Shown here: piece by piece, positions 12,428-24,500 of the stretch
Layout: each line of letters opens with the position of its first letter
Numbering within the stretch: the stretch's first letter is position 1
NCBI GenBank assembly: GCA_905178155.1
Contig: CAJINV010000001.1
Location: forward strand, 14,880,142 to 14,944,141
DNA from: Amoebophrya sp. A120
Taxonomy: Eukaryota > Protista > Dinoflagellata
Direction: 5' to 3'
Length of the DNA stretch: 64,000 nt
Program-made: the position numbers and the translations under genes
The notes under the pieces: generated by a model
Database searches by the model: none
What the model was told of the DNA's origin: nothing
The model's input: the letters and a program-made list of their open reading frames with translations, nothing else

Positions 12428-15400
12428 CTAGTCGACGTCAAAATCTTCGCCGTCGGCGCCTTATCAAATGTAAAAATGTCTGGGTCTGGAAGAATTGGAA
12501 CTTGTCATGCTAGATCTGAAGCATGCAAAAATCTGTGTTGCATGATTACCAAAAGTCGTCGAGTTTTGACCAAATCGGGAGGGGGTTTCTCATGCAGGAT
12601 AGGCATGAGAGAGATCGCACAGAATCTGTCATGCTAGGTCCTGCATTCCAGACCTCATGGGTCATGGAAAAGCTGCATGACAAATCGCGCATTCTTCCAG
12701 ACCCAGACACGTTTACATTTGATACGCCTGCCATGGGCGCGATCGTGTGCTCCGCTTCCATGTCGGGAGCCGGTTCTGTATCAAATGTAAAAATGTCTGG
12801 GTCTGGAAACTTGTAGTGCTGGGTGGCGTCTCATGATGAGGCTACAAATGCTGGCTCAGCATGACAAGTTTCTGAGCTCCTAGGTGTTGCCTATTCTGCA
12901 TGACAAACTGCGCTTCTGCATCACAGAAAAGCGGAGCTCTTGGGTAACGTGCATGACAGATTTAAGAGTCATGCCAGACAAGCATGACAAACATGAATTC
13001 TTCCAGACCCAGACATTTTTACATTTGATATTCTGGCGGTTTTGGCAATTCCGCGTCTAAGACGGACTGGTCCAAGAGCGACTGACCCGTAGCGACCTCT
13101 GACGCGAGGGGCCCGACATGGTCGTCAGCCTCCGCCAAGGACAGTTCGGTCCCGCCCGGCGAGGGTTCCGCGGCGATCTCGGCCTCCGCGTCCACATCGA
13201 CTGCAGGTCGTGGTGCTGCAGCTGCTTCCTTGCTTTCCTCGGCAGGTTGTTCTTCTGGTGGTGGAGATACTTCCGCTTCCGCTGCGGGTTCATCTTCCCC
13301 CGTTGGTGCCGCACCCTCCGCATTCTCCGTTTGCGCCGTGTCGGGCCTGTTTTCGTCCCCAGGCGCCGGAGCTGCTGTCTCATCGGGTGCAGGGGTGGCT
13401 TCCGCCGTGTTGTCCCGCTCTATGGACGCATGGTCACCTTCAGTCTGCTCCGCGTCACCAGCGCCGCCCGCTTTCTCTTCCGCGTCCACCGGCGCTGCAG
13501 ATTCTGGTTCCTCTGCTGGAGGCGCAGCCTCTTCTGTGGCTGGAGCGGCCGGGTCAGCTTCGCCCTCCGCAGCACCGCCGGCCGTATCTTCGCCTTCATG
13601 CACACCCTCGGTTTGTTCCGCTGCAGCTTCGCCAGCCGCAGCAGCCTCCTCCTGCTCTCCCGCAGGTGCTTCTGCTTCGGCGCCCGGAGCTGCGGCCTCC
13701 CCGCCCTCTGCCGCAGGGGTGGCTTGCTCACCGGCCGCTACCTCCTGCTCCTCCGGTAGCGTCTCGAGTAGTGTCGAGGGTTGCGCCCCTTCCAGCACTG
13801 TTGACTGCATGGCAGACTGCGTTTCCTCCCTCATCGTACTCTGCAGCGAAGGCCCGTCAAGCGAGCCTTCCTGGGTGGGGAAAATATCGATGTGCTCTGT
13901 TGGTCCGGCCACCGCGGCGCCGGCCTCGATAGAGTCGGCGTTTAGCACCATGCTGGATCCCTCGGGCCGCTGGGAAACGGTGAGCGAAGTGGTCTGCCCA
14001 AGCTGTTCGTGCGCACCCTCCCGCACACTGGCTTCGACCTGGTCCGTCGAGGCTAAAGCGTCCGCCGCCGCTGGCTCATGCGGCTGTGCATCTTCCGCTT
14101 GTGGGGAGTCCGCAGGACGCCTGTGAATGGTGACAATCATACAGATAAGTACTCGATCTCACATACCTAATTCCGTTTTGACCCAAGCTGACTCCATCGT
14201 ACGCAAAAAGCCAAAAGATACGACGAAAGTACTCTGACGAATCCGGTCTTTCTGGAGCGTTCATTCCCGGTATCTCGACGACGACCGGGGCGTTCGCAAG
14301 AGCCTGCAGTTCGTGTGCCTCTGCCTCCAGGCGCGCTCGTGTATCTGTTGGCTTCTCAAAAAGCCTGGGCATCTCAGCCAGCACTTTGCGTGAAACCTTA
14401 TGTTGAGGGAAAAAGCAATCTTTAAAATGTTGCAACTCAAACTTTTCCAGCTGCGCAATTTCATTTTCATGATAAGTTGTTCGCAATCATTTCATTATTA
14501 TTTGCCGCAAATTTCACAAAAAAAAAATCTTCATTATTACCGCAGGCCTAATGCCGTCGAGGTTCATTTTTCGCAGCGCTTTATTTCTGAGTGAGTTTTC
14601 GGAATGATGCAGCAAGTGTTCCATGGGCAATTCCGCCTTCATGTGTTGGATAAGATCTTCTGTTGCGTCTCTCAAAGCCTTTGTGATGCCGATGTACTCT
14701 TTGCGGCCGACATCGAAGCTCAATGTCATGTTGGAGTCGTCCGACGGATCAATCGCGACCGGCCTGTTATTTTGAATTTATTCAGTAAAAAAATTGCTAC
14801 GGATCAGTGAAGCGAAATCATAAAAAAGGATGAGAGAGTATAGTGTGAGATTTGCAAAACCAAACATAACCAATACCGCTTCGCCGCACCGGGAAGGAAG
14901 CCCTTAATAGGTTTGTAGATCTTTCCTGCCATCTGCTGATAGTTCTGAGCTGCCCGCAGAACCGCAGGATGCTCATCCGCGATGTCTGCTGGCTTTGCGG
15001 TCAAAAAGTCTACTCGGTTTGGACTCTTGGCTGTTGGCGACTGTTTTATTGGGGGAAGTTTTTTATCCTCCGACACCGACACGCCAGTGACGCTAAACCT
15101 CTTCTCAAAACAAACTCACTATCTATGCAAAGCTGAAGAACAGCGATGAAAAAACGACCACTACACACAAAAATTCTCAATACGTGCGAGGGCTCTGCTT
15201 TTTTCTTAATTGGTTGCCCATTCGTGTCGAACATCGGTTCCAGGTCGAACATTTCGAATCCGCCCTCGACCCACTTGTTCTGCCCCGGTTTCTCGGACAA
15301 TTCTTTCTCCTTCCGTGCGATCCTATGTTCGTCCATCGCAATCTGCTCGTTCTCCATATCCTTCTGCTTCTTTTTCGCTTGGTCGGCCAGTTGCCGCTGA

Positions 15401-17014
15401 CTATACGTGCCAATCGCCGGCGGTCCGTCTGGAGCCCCATTTCGCGTGCTCGACGAGTGTGAGGGATAGTTCTGCAACATTTGCTGACCTGGGGATGAGA
15501 CCATATCACAGTTGATTTGCAATTTCCATTGACGTTGTACTCTTACCCTTTCTTGAATTGTTATCCGAGTCCACAAGTGTAACGCGACAAAATTCTTCAT
15601 CCAGCAATACACTTTTATACCTGACTTGAAGCTCCTACCATAGATCAAATCTCCACTGTTGCTGCTTCGCAGCGGTTGAAATTTCCTCGCCATGTCGGGC
15701 TGAGCATTGTAGCTGAACGGCTTTGGCACGGCGTAGGGCAGCGTCCTACCGACAATTTTCGGAGCTTGGCTTAACGACGGTAGCTCGGGGAGGGAATACT
15801 GTCCGGGACCGGGTGCGTCAGAAGACGTGTGCTTCTTCACTAACGCTTTTGACTCCTCCATAGTCTCCGTAGTATGGTGGAATGCCTCCTGGGCGAAATC
15901 GCGGCGGGCTGAAAGCAAAAATTTCCATCAATCTGCTTTTTTTTCCAATGTCAGCATTGTACTGTTGAAATTATGCGGATGAGAAACTACAAAAGATGCG
16001 AACAATTGCTCTCTTTTTCGAAAACATCTAACCTGGTAGCATCTGTGGTGTGTATGCCCCCGGGCCCGGATTTGCTTGCGTTACGAAAGTCGCCTCGTCA
16101 AAATAGCCGTGCTGTGGCTTGTGCTGGTTGAGCCAGTTTTTTCCGCCCTCTGGTACGAAGGGGTCAAGAAATTCCTGTGCAGACATGACGTCGTACTTCC
16201 CTACCCCTGGACCGTCCATCGTGGACCGGAATGGCCTCGGAAACTTTGGCTGCTTGCCGAACTTGTCGAGTTTTGCCAATCGCGGCCGTACGTTGGTCAC
16301 GTCTGGGAAGTAGGTTCCTGGATCAGGAAACTTTGCCCCCGCATACTCTTTCAGCATGCGCGCCGCATGCTTCGGACCGATCAGACCCTTGCCTTGCATC
16401 ACCTGATTGAAGATTGTAAACAAAATTTCGTCTCCTTCTTCGTGTTTCATTCAAAATCGAAGTCGAAAGTTATGCAACCATGCATTCACTGTAGTCGTCA
16501 ATCGCGATCGCTGCTGCAACACTCTAAACAAAGTATCATACCTTTGTCCTATCTTTTTGGTAAACCCGGCCTCCCTGTGGCATTGGCATGTCACCTGGTT
16601 CGTAGACGAAAGCCGAGTATTGTCCGGGTCCGGGTATATCCGCCCCCGATAGATCCGTGAAGCTTGGATGCTTCCCATCCTTTATGAGCCCGTTATCCAG
16701 CTGTTGCTTCTTTGGCGGGAGCTGTTTGTGCGTTTGCGTTTCTTTAGACAAAAATAAGCTTCAAGGAAACCGATGTCCATCTCCATGCTGCAGATGAGCG
16801 TTCTCGCATTAAGACAGAGAGGACCAACAGTGTTAGAGTTCTTTACTAGAGAAGCAAAAACATCGAGTATCAGTACGTTTGGATTGTAGGTGTTTGGCGC
16901 GGGGCTGAAGTAGTGGAAGCGTATCTGGTCCTCGATACTGTGCCCGGATGGTGCCAGGTCCGCCGGAGGTGCTGGCACCCCGCTTCGGCCCGGAATATTC
17001 GCAGGGCCCACCAT
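12428..17014 (-). CDS. SHIPPO/STPG (PGPGxY-repeat, ODF3-like) axonemal protein with a long Ala/Glu-rich tail; multi-exon
   Basis: Repeats SPAPNTYNP, IPGPGQY, PDPGTY, GPGVGKY, PGPGAY and APGPGQY lie in 15700-17014. Downstream exons appear to chain through GT-AG introns into ORF 13019..14140, then across two inserted elements to ...PPEPAPDMEAEHTIAPMAGADGEDFDVD* (TAG at 12428). It could be two genes. Confidence 0.65.
12462..12724. mobile_element. Non-autonomous TIR element / introner, family A copy 1 (263 bp)
   Basis: About 34-bp TIR TATCAAATGTAAAAATGTCTGGGTCTGGAAGAAT. The 5-bp TSD CGCCT is at 12457-12461 and 12725-12729. The interior is homologous to 49241..49502. Confidence 0.93.
12779..13030. 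mobile_element. Non-autonomous TIR element / introner, family A copy 2 (252 bp, divergent interior, probably inverted)
   Basis: Perfect 30-bp TIR TATCAAATGTAAAAATGTCTGGGTCTGGAA. The TSD TTCTG is at 12774-12778 and 13031-13035. Confidence 0.93.
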
Positions 17015-18419
17015 GTTTGTTTACCCTGGACCTCCTTCAAACGAGATCCTTTGAAGATTCACGCCTTGTCCTGCCCAGCCATCCTCTGTCCGCCGTGTCA
17101 CAACCAGCCCATTTCCTACTAGATCACGGCTGACTCTGGCTTATTTTCTCTTGCGAGCATAATTGGAATCAACAAGGCAAAACGAAAGGGGCGACACGAA
17201 AAGCTCGCTCAAGAAGACGATTGTCCGAGCGCTGTCCCGCTCTCGTCTCGACAACGACAACTCTCACTGCTACCCATTCATTCTATCGTGGATTCACGTT
17301 CACAGTCGAACCCGAAAAACTTCTCAGAACAATCAACTGCGAAAACTCCCTCAAACGACGAAGCAGAACGACACAAAATCGAATACTCCCGGGAAAAAGA
17401 ACAAACGTGGAACTTCCAAGACTACCCAGTGAGTAGCAAGTGCAATCGTGTGTGTACTTATTTTTTTTTTGCACTGCTGAAAATGAAAATTGAAACCACG
17501 AGCGGAAAAAAGTTGAGGACATTTGCATTGTAGCTCAATCAAATAATGTACACGACATTCACTCCGCCTGCATACCGCCGCTAATCGGAATCAGCTCCTC
17601 GCTCCTCCTCCACCGCGACAAGGAAGATCGGAATGTTGTCCTGAGCTGCTGGTTTCTGTTTGCTAGGCAATAATCGTTTGAAAACGACGAAGACGATCTT
17701 CGTAGCGACATCAAGCAGTTCTTCGCATATAACAAATCTGTTTCAAGTGCGTTTCAGGATAGTTGGTATAAGGATAAAATTACCTTGAGATTGTTGTAAT
17801 CACAATTGCGTAAAATTTTTGACAAGGATATTGAAAGTTCGGTGTAAGGTACTGGAAGTGAGTTGACTCGTAACGAGCTCCTCCTGCATAGAGTCTGTGG
17901 GTGCTAACCTGGGGCGGAGAGTTTGGAACAAAGGCGAGGAAAAAGAGGGTAGAATTCGGAATAGGTGACCTCAAGATCAGAGGAAATCAGGTTGTGACAA
18001 TCTTGAGGACACCCACTCCCTGCTGAGCTCACTGGGATATACCGCGAGCCTTCTCTCTAGTCAAAGTCTGCTAAAGCTTTAACCGATTGAAACTCAAAGT
18101 CTGCTGTCTGATAAAACTTTTCGTAATCTTGGATTGATTCTGGTCTGGTGTAGTCTGATAAGTCTATTTGATAAGGTTTGATGCTAGCAAAGAGTGTATC
18201 ACAATCTTGTCTGGAGCTGCATGCAAGCAGCTGCTGTGTGATATCGAAAATAAATCTTGGATTCGTTTAACTGCAATTACCAGGCAAAGAGCACTGTGCT
18301 CGGAAAGGCAAGCTAGAAAGCTATGCATTTCAAGCGCAAGAGTAAGAGATAGTGTGTGCTCCGCCTTGCAGAAAAAATACAATTTGACGTTGCTCTTGTA
18401 GTCATCCGACCGCAACCGC

Positions 18420-20727
18420 TCAATCATCATCCACGTCGTCCCGAAAGATGACGGTTGCCGCGCGGGACGCACCAGATTCACGCAGCAGTGTGACCACAGC
18501 GGAGTTCAAGGCACCTTCTGCATGATCCAGCGCGGTCCTGGAACTCTCGTCCTGCTTGTTCAAATTGGCTTTGCGTTCCATCAAAAACTTGATGAAAAAC
18601 GCGGGGCACTCCGTCGCTGCAGCGATCAAGCACGTCTCACCACGCTTGTTCGTTTTGCTGTAGTTTTTGTTGGGGCTGATGGTACTGCGTGCTTGTACCA
18701 ATACTTCTTCCGTTTCCGAGGGAGTAGGCACAGCATACACTACACATACACTTACACAAACGCATCGATTTGCAAAAATTAAATTGTCGTAGTGCAGACA
18801 CGAAAAAACTTGATGATACCAGAAATTCTCAAAAAAAAGCAGTACTTGATATCCAGTCCCTTATCCAGGAGCATGGAGCAGAGCGTTTCGTCCGAAAGTG
18901 ACACGGCGTCGAAGAGGCAGGTTCGACCGTCCTCGTCCACTTGGTCGATCTTGTCCATCTTTGTAAGCAGGTATTCGACGACCTGTGAGTGCAGTTTATG
19001 GCTCGCTGCATGGTAGAGAGCGCAGTAGAGCCGCTGACTTTGTGGCTTTGTTTCATCTATTATGGTACTGCTTATGCATGGAAAAATTGAAGACAAGAGA
19101 CTAAAAACACAGTGACAGTACGTCTGTTCTCCCTGTTCGGCAGGCAAGGTGCAGGGCAGTCTTCCCCGTCCTGGTCGCCGGGTCTACCTTCGCGTCGTTC
19201 TTGATGAGAGCCTCCACGGTTTCCCTGTGTCCCTCCGATGCGGCCCACATCAGCGCGGTTTGGTAACTGATAGAGTTGAGCTCACAATCACATTCAGATT
19301 CGGTGATACATCATCGCATAATTATTTTTCCTGTCCCTCAGGATGAATCAGCATGCCAGGCAGAGTAAGCTTTATTTCGTCTTCATTATACATTTAAAAC
19401 CAAGATGAAGAAGCAAAGAAAAAGAAAAGAAAGCCGTTACTTTGAGTCGGTCTGATTGACTTTTGCGCCTTCCGCCAAGAGCAATTCGCACACCTCCGTG
19501 TGACCGTTGGCAGCCGCTTTTGACAGTGCACTTTCACCACCCTCTGTAACATAGTTCCCTGGGACGGAGTACTGCTTGATCTGTTGAGCCGAAATTTAGT
19601 TTTTTACTTATGTACGATTTTGATGCAGCTTGCAAAAGCACGAACAAATGCTGATTCGAAATCTTCTTCAGCTAACTACAATACAACGCAGTAAAAAAAT
19701 AAACGAGGCCTGGTAACAAAACTATACCAAAAGCTCGCAGATTTCATATTGGCCAGCGACCGCGGCCCACATGACGACGTTCCACTGTTCATCGTCTTTT
19801 GCTTCTACGCTGGCCCCCTGCTCCAAGAGAAATCGCACAGTGTCGTACTCCCCGCATTCGGATGCTGATAAGTTTTTGAATCCCGATCGCGCACAACAAT
19901 GTGTTTTATTTGAGAATCGAATAGGAGAAACATAGGAAGTGAATTGCTTTTGCTTCAAATTGATTTGCATGAGAAACAGCGCTACTTGTTTTACTTTCAT
20001 TCTCTACCTTTCATTAATGCGGTGATTCCCTCGTCGTCCTTGGCATCGACCACTCGCGATCTTTCCCTTTGTCCCACCTCTCCGGAGCTTCCCAGCTTTT
20101 TTGGCAAACTGGCAAGTGCTGCAGTTATCAAAAACTGCATGATGTCAATGTTCCCTTCCTGTTTTGGTTTTTTTCCCGTGATTTCGCTTGCAGTTCGAGG
20201 AGATTAAGGAGCCTCCTGGTGCTGCTATTCATCGTCACTCGCGAATAAGTATTCTTTGCAAACCTCAGGGATCACATTCATCGTGCTATCGGTACCTTTG
20301 CTGCTTTCATGAGTGCGTTTTCTCCTATGTCGTCCTTTCCGTTTATTCGTGCGCCTTGCGAAACGAGGTATTCACATATGTCGAGGTAGCCTTGCTCTGC
20401 CGCGTGCATCAGGGGTGAGCAACCGTCAGCATCCTTCTGGTCAACCTGGATTTTCGGGATTGTTTCAATTTTTCAATTCCTGCGCTTTGCCATTGCCATC
20501 GGAGCACGTAAATCATATACTTATTTTCAGCAACAACGAATCAAAACACTTCAAAAAAGTCCTTTCGATATCACGCTTACCTTTATCTTCTCATCCTTGT
20601 ACACTTTCTGAACACGCTCGACATCTCCCGTAAAAACGGCCTCAGTGAGGGGGGAGAAGTTTTTTGCAGCTGCAAGGGCTCCAGCGCTGTTCTGCGCCCG
20701 CAGCGCAGCCAACAACGTGGACGTCAT
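18420..20727 (-). CDS. Ankyrin-repeat protein (multi-exon)
   Basis: Ankyrin units across GT-AG-separated exons: DADGCSPLMHAA, DDEGITALMK, LLEQGASVEAKD, QTALMWAA, DEDGRTCLFDAV, LMERKANLNKQDESSRTALDHA. ATG at 20727. Confidence 0.9.
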
Positions 20728-21599
20728 CTTAACAAAACTGAGCTTCTGTTTCTCCCTTTGAAACGAGAAAAAAGAGTACCTAAACAAGGGTGATTTTACA
20801 ATGAGTTCGTTGTGGTTTCTGCAACGATGAAGGACGTGTCAGTTTAAACACGTGTTATGTATGGCACCGCCCCCCACGAAATCGTTGCGATGTTATTTCG
20901 TCCTGTCTCTCACTTACGGAGCGATTCTCTACATCGATTTCCCGCCCCGAAATTCGACGTACGTCACTGAATCTTTGCGCAGTAGTACTTCTTACTTTGG
21001 TTTGACGTACAGCTCAGTTCTACTGTCTGTACAACCTGTGGCACAGGCACACCGACAAGGAAGGTCGTTATGGATACAAGAACACACACCGAACTGGTTG
21101 TAGTTGGAGCTACGTTGTAGCTGGAGCTACGTCGCCCTCGATTCTCTCTCATGCTGCCGGTTTTCGTTGCGATCTCTCTTTGAAGCAATACTTAATTCTT
21201 CAGTACATGCTAGATTCACAGAACACGGAAAGCTTGTCTTGGCTTCCGCAAGTATTTTATTTCGTCCGATGCAAAATTTGAATTTTCTGGGAGGTGGCTC
21301 GTCTGGTACAAACAACGGGTAAAATATTGCCGCAGGAATGGGGATATTCCTGTGAGTGATCTTGCAGGGGCTCTGTTCTTAGGGAGTCTGCTGATACTTG
21401 AAACTTTTATTGAAACGCAAGCGTCCTTTGGTTTACCTCAATTACAATGGCTTCAATTACATTCCTGCAAAAAGAACTTTCTGTCACAGTCACTGATTCA
21501 GATAATCAGTTGTGGGAAGATCATACATTTTATGCAAAAGCAGAACCACCGCAAACCCGAATTGAGTCATTGTCATCACACAAGATGTGACTATTACGG

Positions 21600-24500
21600 A
21601 AACTCCTTTCCTGTCTGATCTTCGGGGGGTTTCGGCTTCTTTGCTTGGCCGGGTCGGGGACTGTGGCCCTCCACGCGGATGGAGTTTGGCGGAGCCGGCA
21701 CCTCGTGTAGATTCAGTGGCTGCAGGTGACCCGTGCCGTCCCGACGCGGTGACTTCGATGGATCCCTGGACTCATGCGGAGATACGTAAGCAGGCGGCTC
21801 CAGACGGATCCACCTTTGATTTTGGATGTCATGCTAAACTTTAGTTTGCACAAAGTTTTATTTCACACTAACTTACTTCGGACGTCGGGAAAGCCAACAA
21901 CGCTGTCGAAAGCAAAACCGATAGAAGTTAGTAAGTACTTGCTCGCAGCATCCAGGTTCACTCTGGGGGAGTTGCTTTGGGAGTGCAAAACCTTCCCTCC
22001 CCGAGGCGCATCGCGTTGCATCATGACCATATCCAGCTGCTGTTCCTGTAGCTCCTCTGCCTCCGCGGCGCTCAAACCAACCTTTTTCTTGTCTTGATTC
22101 TTCGTGCTCGCCGGCTGATGTTGCTGGTCCCCCATAGCGAAGGGGTCATTCAGAGTTATTATCGTGCCCGAAGATTGTCCTGCCGCTTTCAGCGGTTTCC
22201 CGCTGGCCTCCGTCTGCTGCAGCACTTGCCGCGGAGGGCTAAATTCCGACTGCGTGCTGTGCTTGGAATTCTTCCCCGACGGCCCGCCGCCCTCCTTGGA
22301 ACGGACCCGCCGCCCTGGCGGTCGTTCAATGCCGATGAAATGGCTACTTGAGGGTGCGACAGCGCCCACGGTTTTACCGGGCACGCGGACGGTGTTCTGG
22401 TCTCCGACCTTGGCCACCGGGACGAGAAGCCCTTCCGCAAGCGAGTTGGCCAGCGATTGCCGGGCTAGGTGCTGCGCCGCGGCCTGGAGGAAATTGAATT
22501 TGAAAGTAAGTCTGCATACTTACGATCGAAATACACGACAAGATAAAGATTTTGAACGTACAACAAAAAACAAGCGAGGATCACACATCAAACAAAGGTA
22601 CCAGCTCAGCGGCCTCCCGCATCTCGCTGGTCTGGTGCTGCTCCGCTGCTGCAAGATTAACGGCGGCGGCCTGATAAGCACTTTCGCGCTTCGCCCGTTC
22701 CACAGCCTGCTCCTTCAACCCTAGTGGATCCGTCACCGAGGCTTTCGCCATGGTTTTCTCAAAGCTCTTGATCGGCGACACTTTCTCTCCGTACGCTGCC
22801 TGTTCCAGTGCAATATCGCTGGCTCGCTGTCGGTCACTTCGCGGCGATCGCGAATGCGAGTGTCCCCGCCGCTCCACGCCTGAATTTCAAATTTGATGTG
22901 ATTTTGCTCATTTCAAAAGAGACACAGGCGCCATTATCATCGCAAAATTGAGTGATGGAACGTGCACGTCTTGGTCTTCACTCTCTCACAACACTGCTGC
23001 CCGCATGATAAAATCACCGACGTAAGAATAAGAATTCGTCCGTATGAATGTACCTTTCACGTACACCAGCGGCGCTTTCTTTTCGTAAGTCGTGTGCATG
23101 GGGCTGCTACTCTTCCCTGACGGACTTTTAACGTAGGCGCGCAGCGCGTCTAATGTGGTAATCTCGCCTTCCTTCACTTCGCTGCTCGACGTCACGTTGA
23201 GTGGCGGCACTTTCTTACGGTTGAAGCCGTCCATCCGCGTGCGTGCGGGGGACGAGGTTTGTGAAACACTTCCTCCGTGTGACGACCTCATGGCCGCCTC
23301 TTGCTCTCTTTCTGTGACCATGTTGCGCTGCTGGCGGCTGCCGGGCGGCTGCAGTTCGATCTCGAACATCTTCGGGCTCTGCACCACGGGTCCTTCGTGC
23401 ATGTGTGGCGCGAATCGCGGCGGCGACCCCCGGGCGCGCGTGCCTTCGGACTTCCGCGCCTTTTCCCGCGGGGAGATTTTCTGTGTGATCTGGTAGCTCT
23501 CCTCGACAAAGTTCGCGTCGACGACCTTTCCTGTGGAGGAGTACTCCTTCACACCGAGTTTCCCGTGCAATTTCTGCCCTACGCGCGAAGATTCGATCAC
23601 GAACGATTTTCCGTCCGACTTCGGCTTCGGCGAGAATTTGTTCGGTATGGGCGGACCCACCCAGCGACCAGAGGCATCCTTCCGGTGCTGGAAATTATCC
23701 TGGTTAGAATTTCATTTGAAAGGTTCGTCGAAGAGAGCTTCGACTTTTGGTTTTGAATTTCATAATTGAACACCTTCTGCGCATCAATCTTTCTTGTTGT
23801 GCAGCATAGCGAATCGCTAGAAATACCCTCGTCCTGTTCGGGCTCTTAATCGGCGTGCTTCCAATGGCACCCTGGATGACGTCGCCGGGTCCTGCAAAGG
23901 AAACATCTTCTTCCACCGTGCTTGTCGTGGCCTCGCGCGGACTTTCCTTGGCCCACTCCACGTCGGCCTTCCATTCTTCGTAGTCTGCGCGGGCCAGATT
24001 TGGTGACATCTTTCCATACAACAGCTTCGAAAACGCCTTGTGCCTCTTGATGACGGCGCCACTGTTGTGGATAAAATGAATGCAAGGTCTTCAACCAAAA
24101 TTTCGAACAAACCAGGCATACGTCTACAAACACGTTGAAAAACATTTCACTTAGTCGGGCACCAGCATCCGAACAAAAAGATCGAGAGAAAACATCATAC
24201 GGCGAAGTCCTTGGCGACGCGTGGGGCGAGGCGGGGTAGGGATCTCCCTTCAGTGCTTCCGCCTTTTCCTTTGTGTATTCCTCGCCCATGATGCTGTAGT
24301 AGATCTGCAGGAAGATCTTCTCCTTTTCGTTCCAGGCCTCCTGTTGTTGCTGCTGTAACCGCACGATCCGGTCCCGCGCGTCCTGGTACAGCCGGTCCCA
24401 GGTTTTCCAGAATTTGTACTTGTCGTAGCCGATTGACTTCCCCGCGGGGCCGCCCTGGATTACGTCGTCCAAGCCTGCGTCCTTCATGGCGGACGTTTCG

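Noticed and set aside
12462-12724. Tc1/mariner-type MITE with a TA target duplication
   Set aside because: All four elements have distinct 5-bp direct repeats outside the TA, so the TA belongs to the TIR.
12407-12816. Short ORFs containing SNVKMSGSG (also 49069..49488)
   Set aside because: These are translations of the shared TIR, not a protein family.
17969-18008. 9-bp inverted repeat CCTCAAGAT...ATCTTGAGG
   Set aside because: Single short hairpin with no TSD or second copy, compatible with chance.
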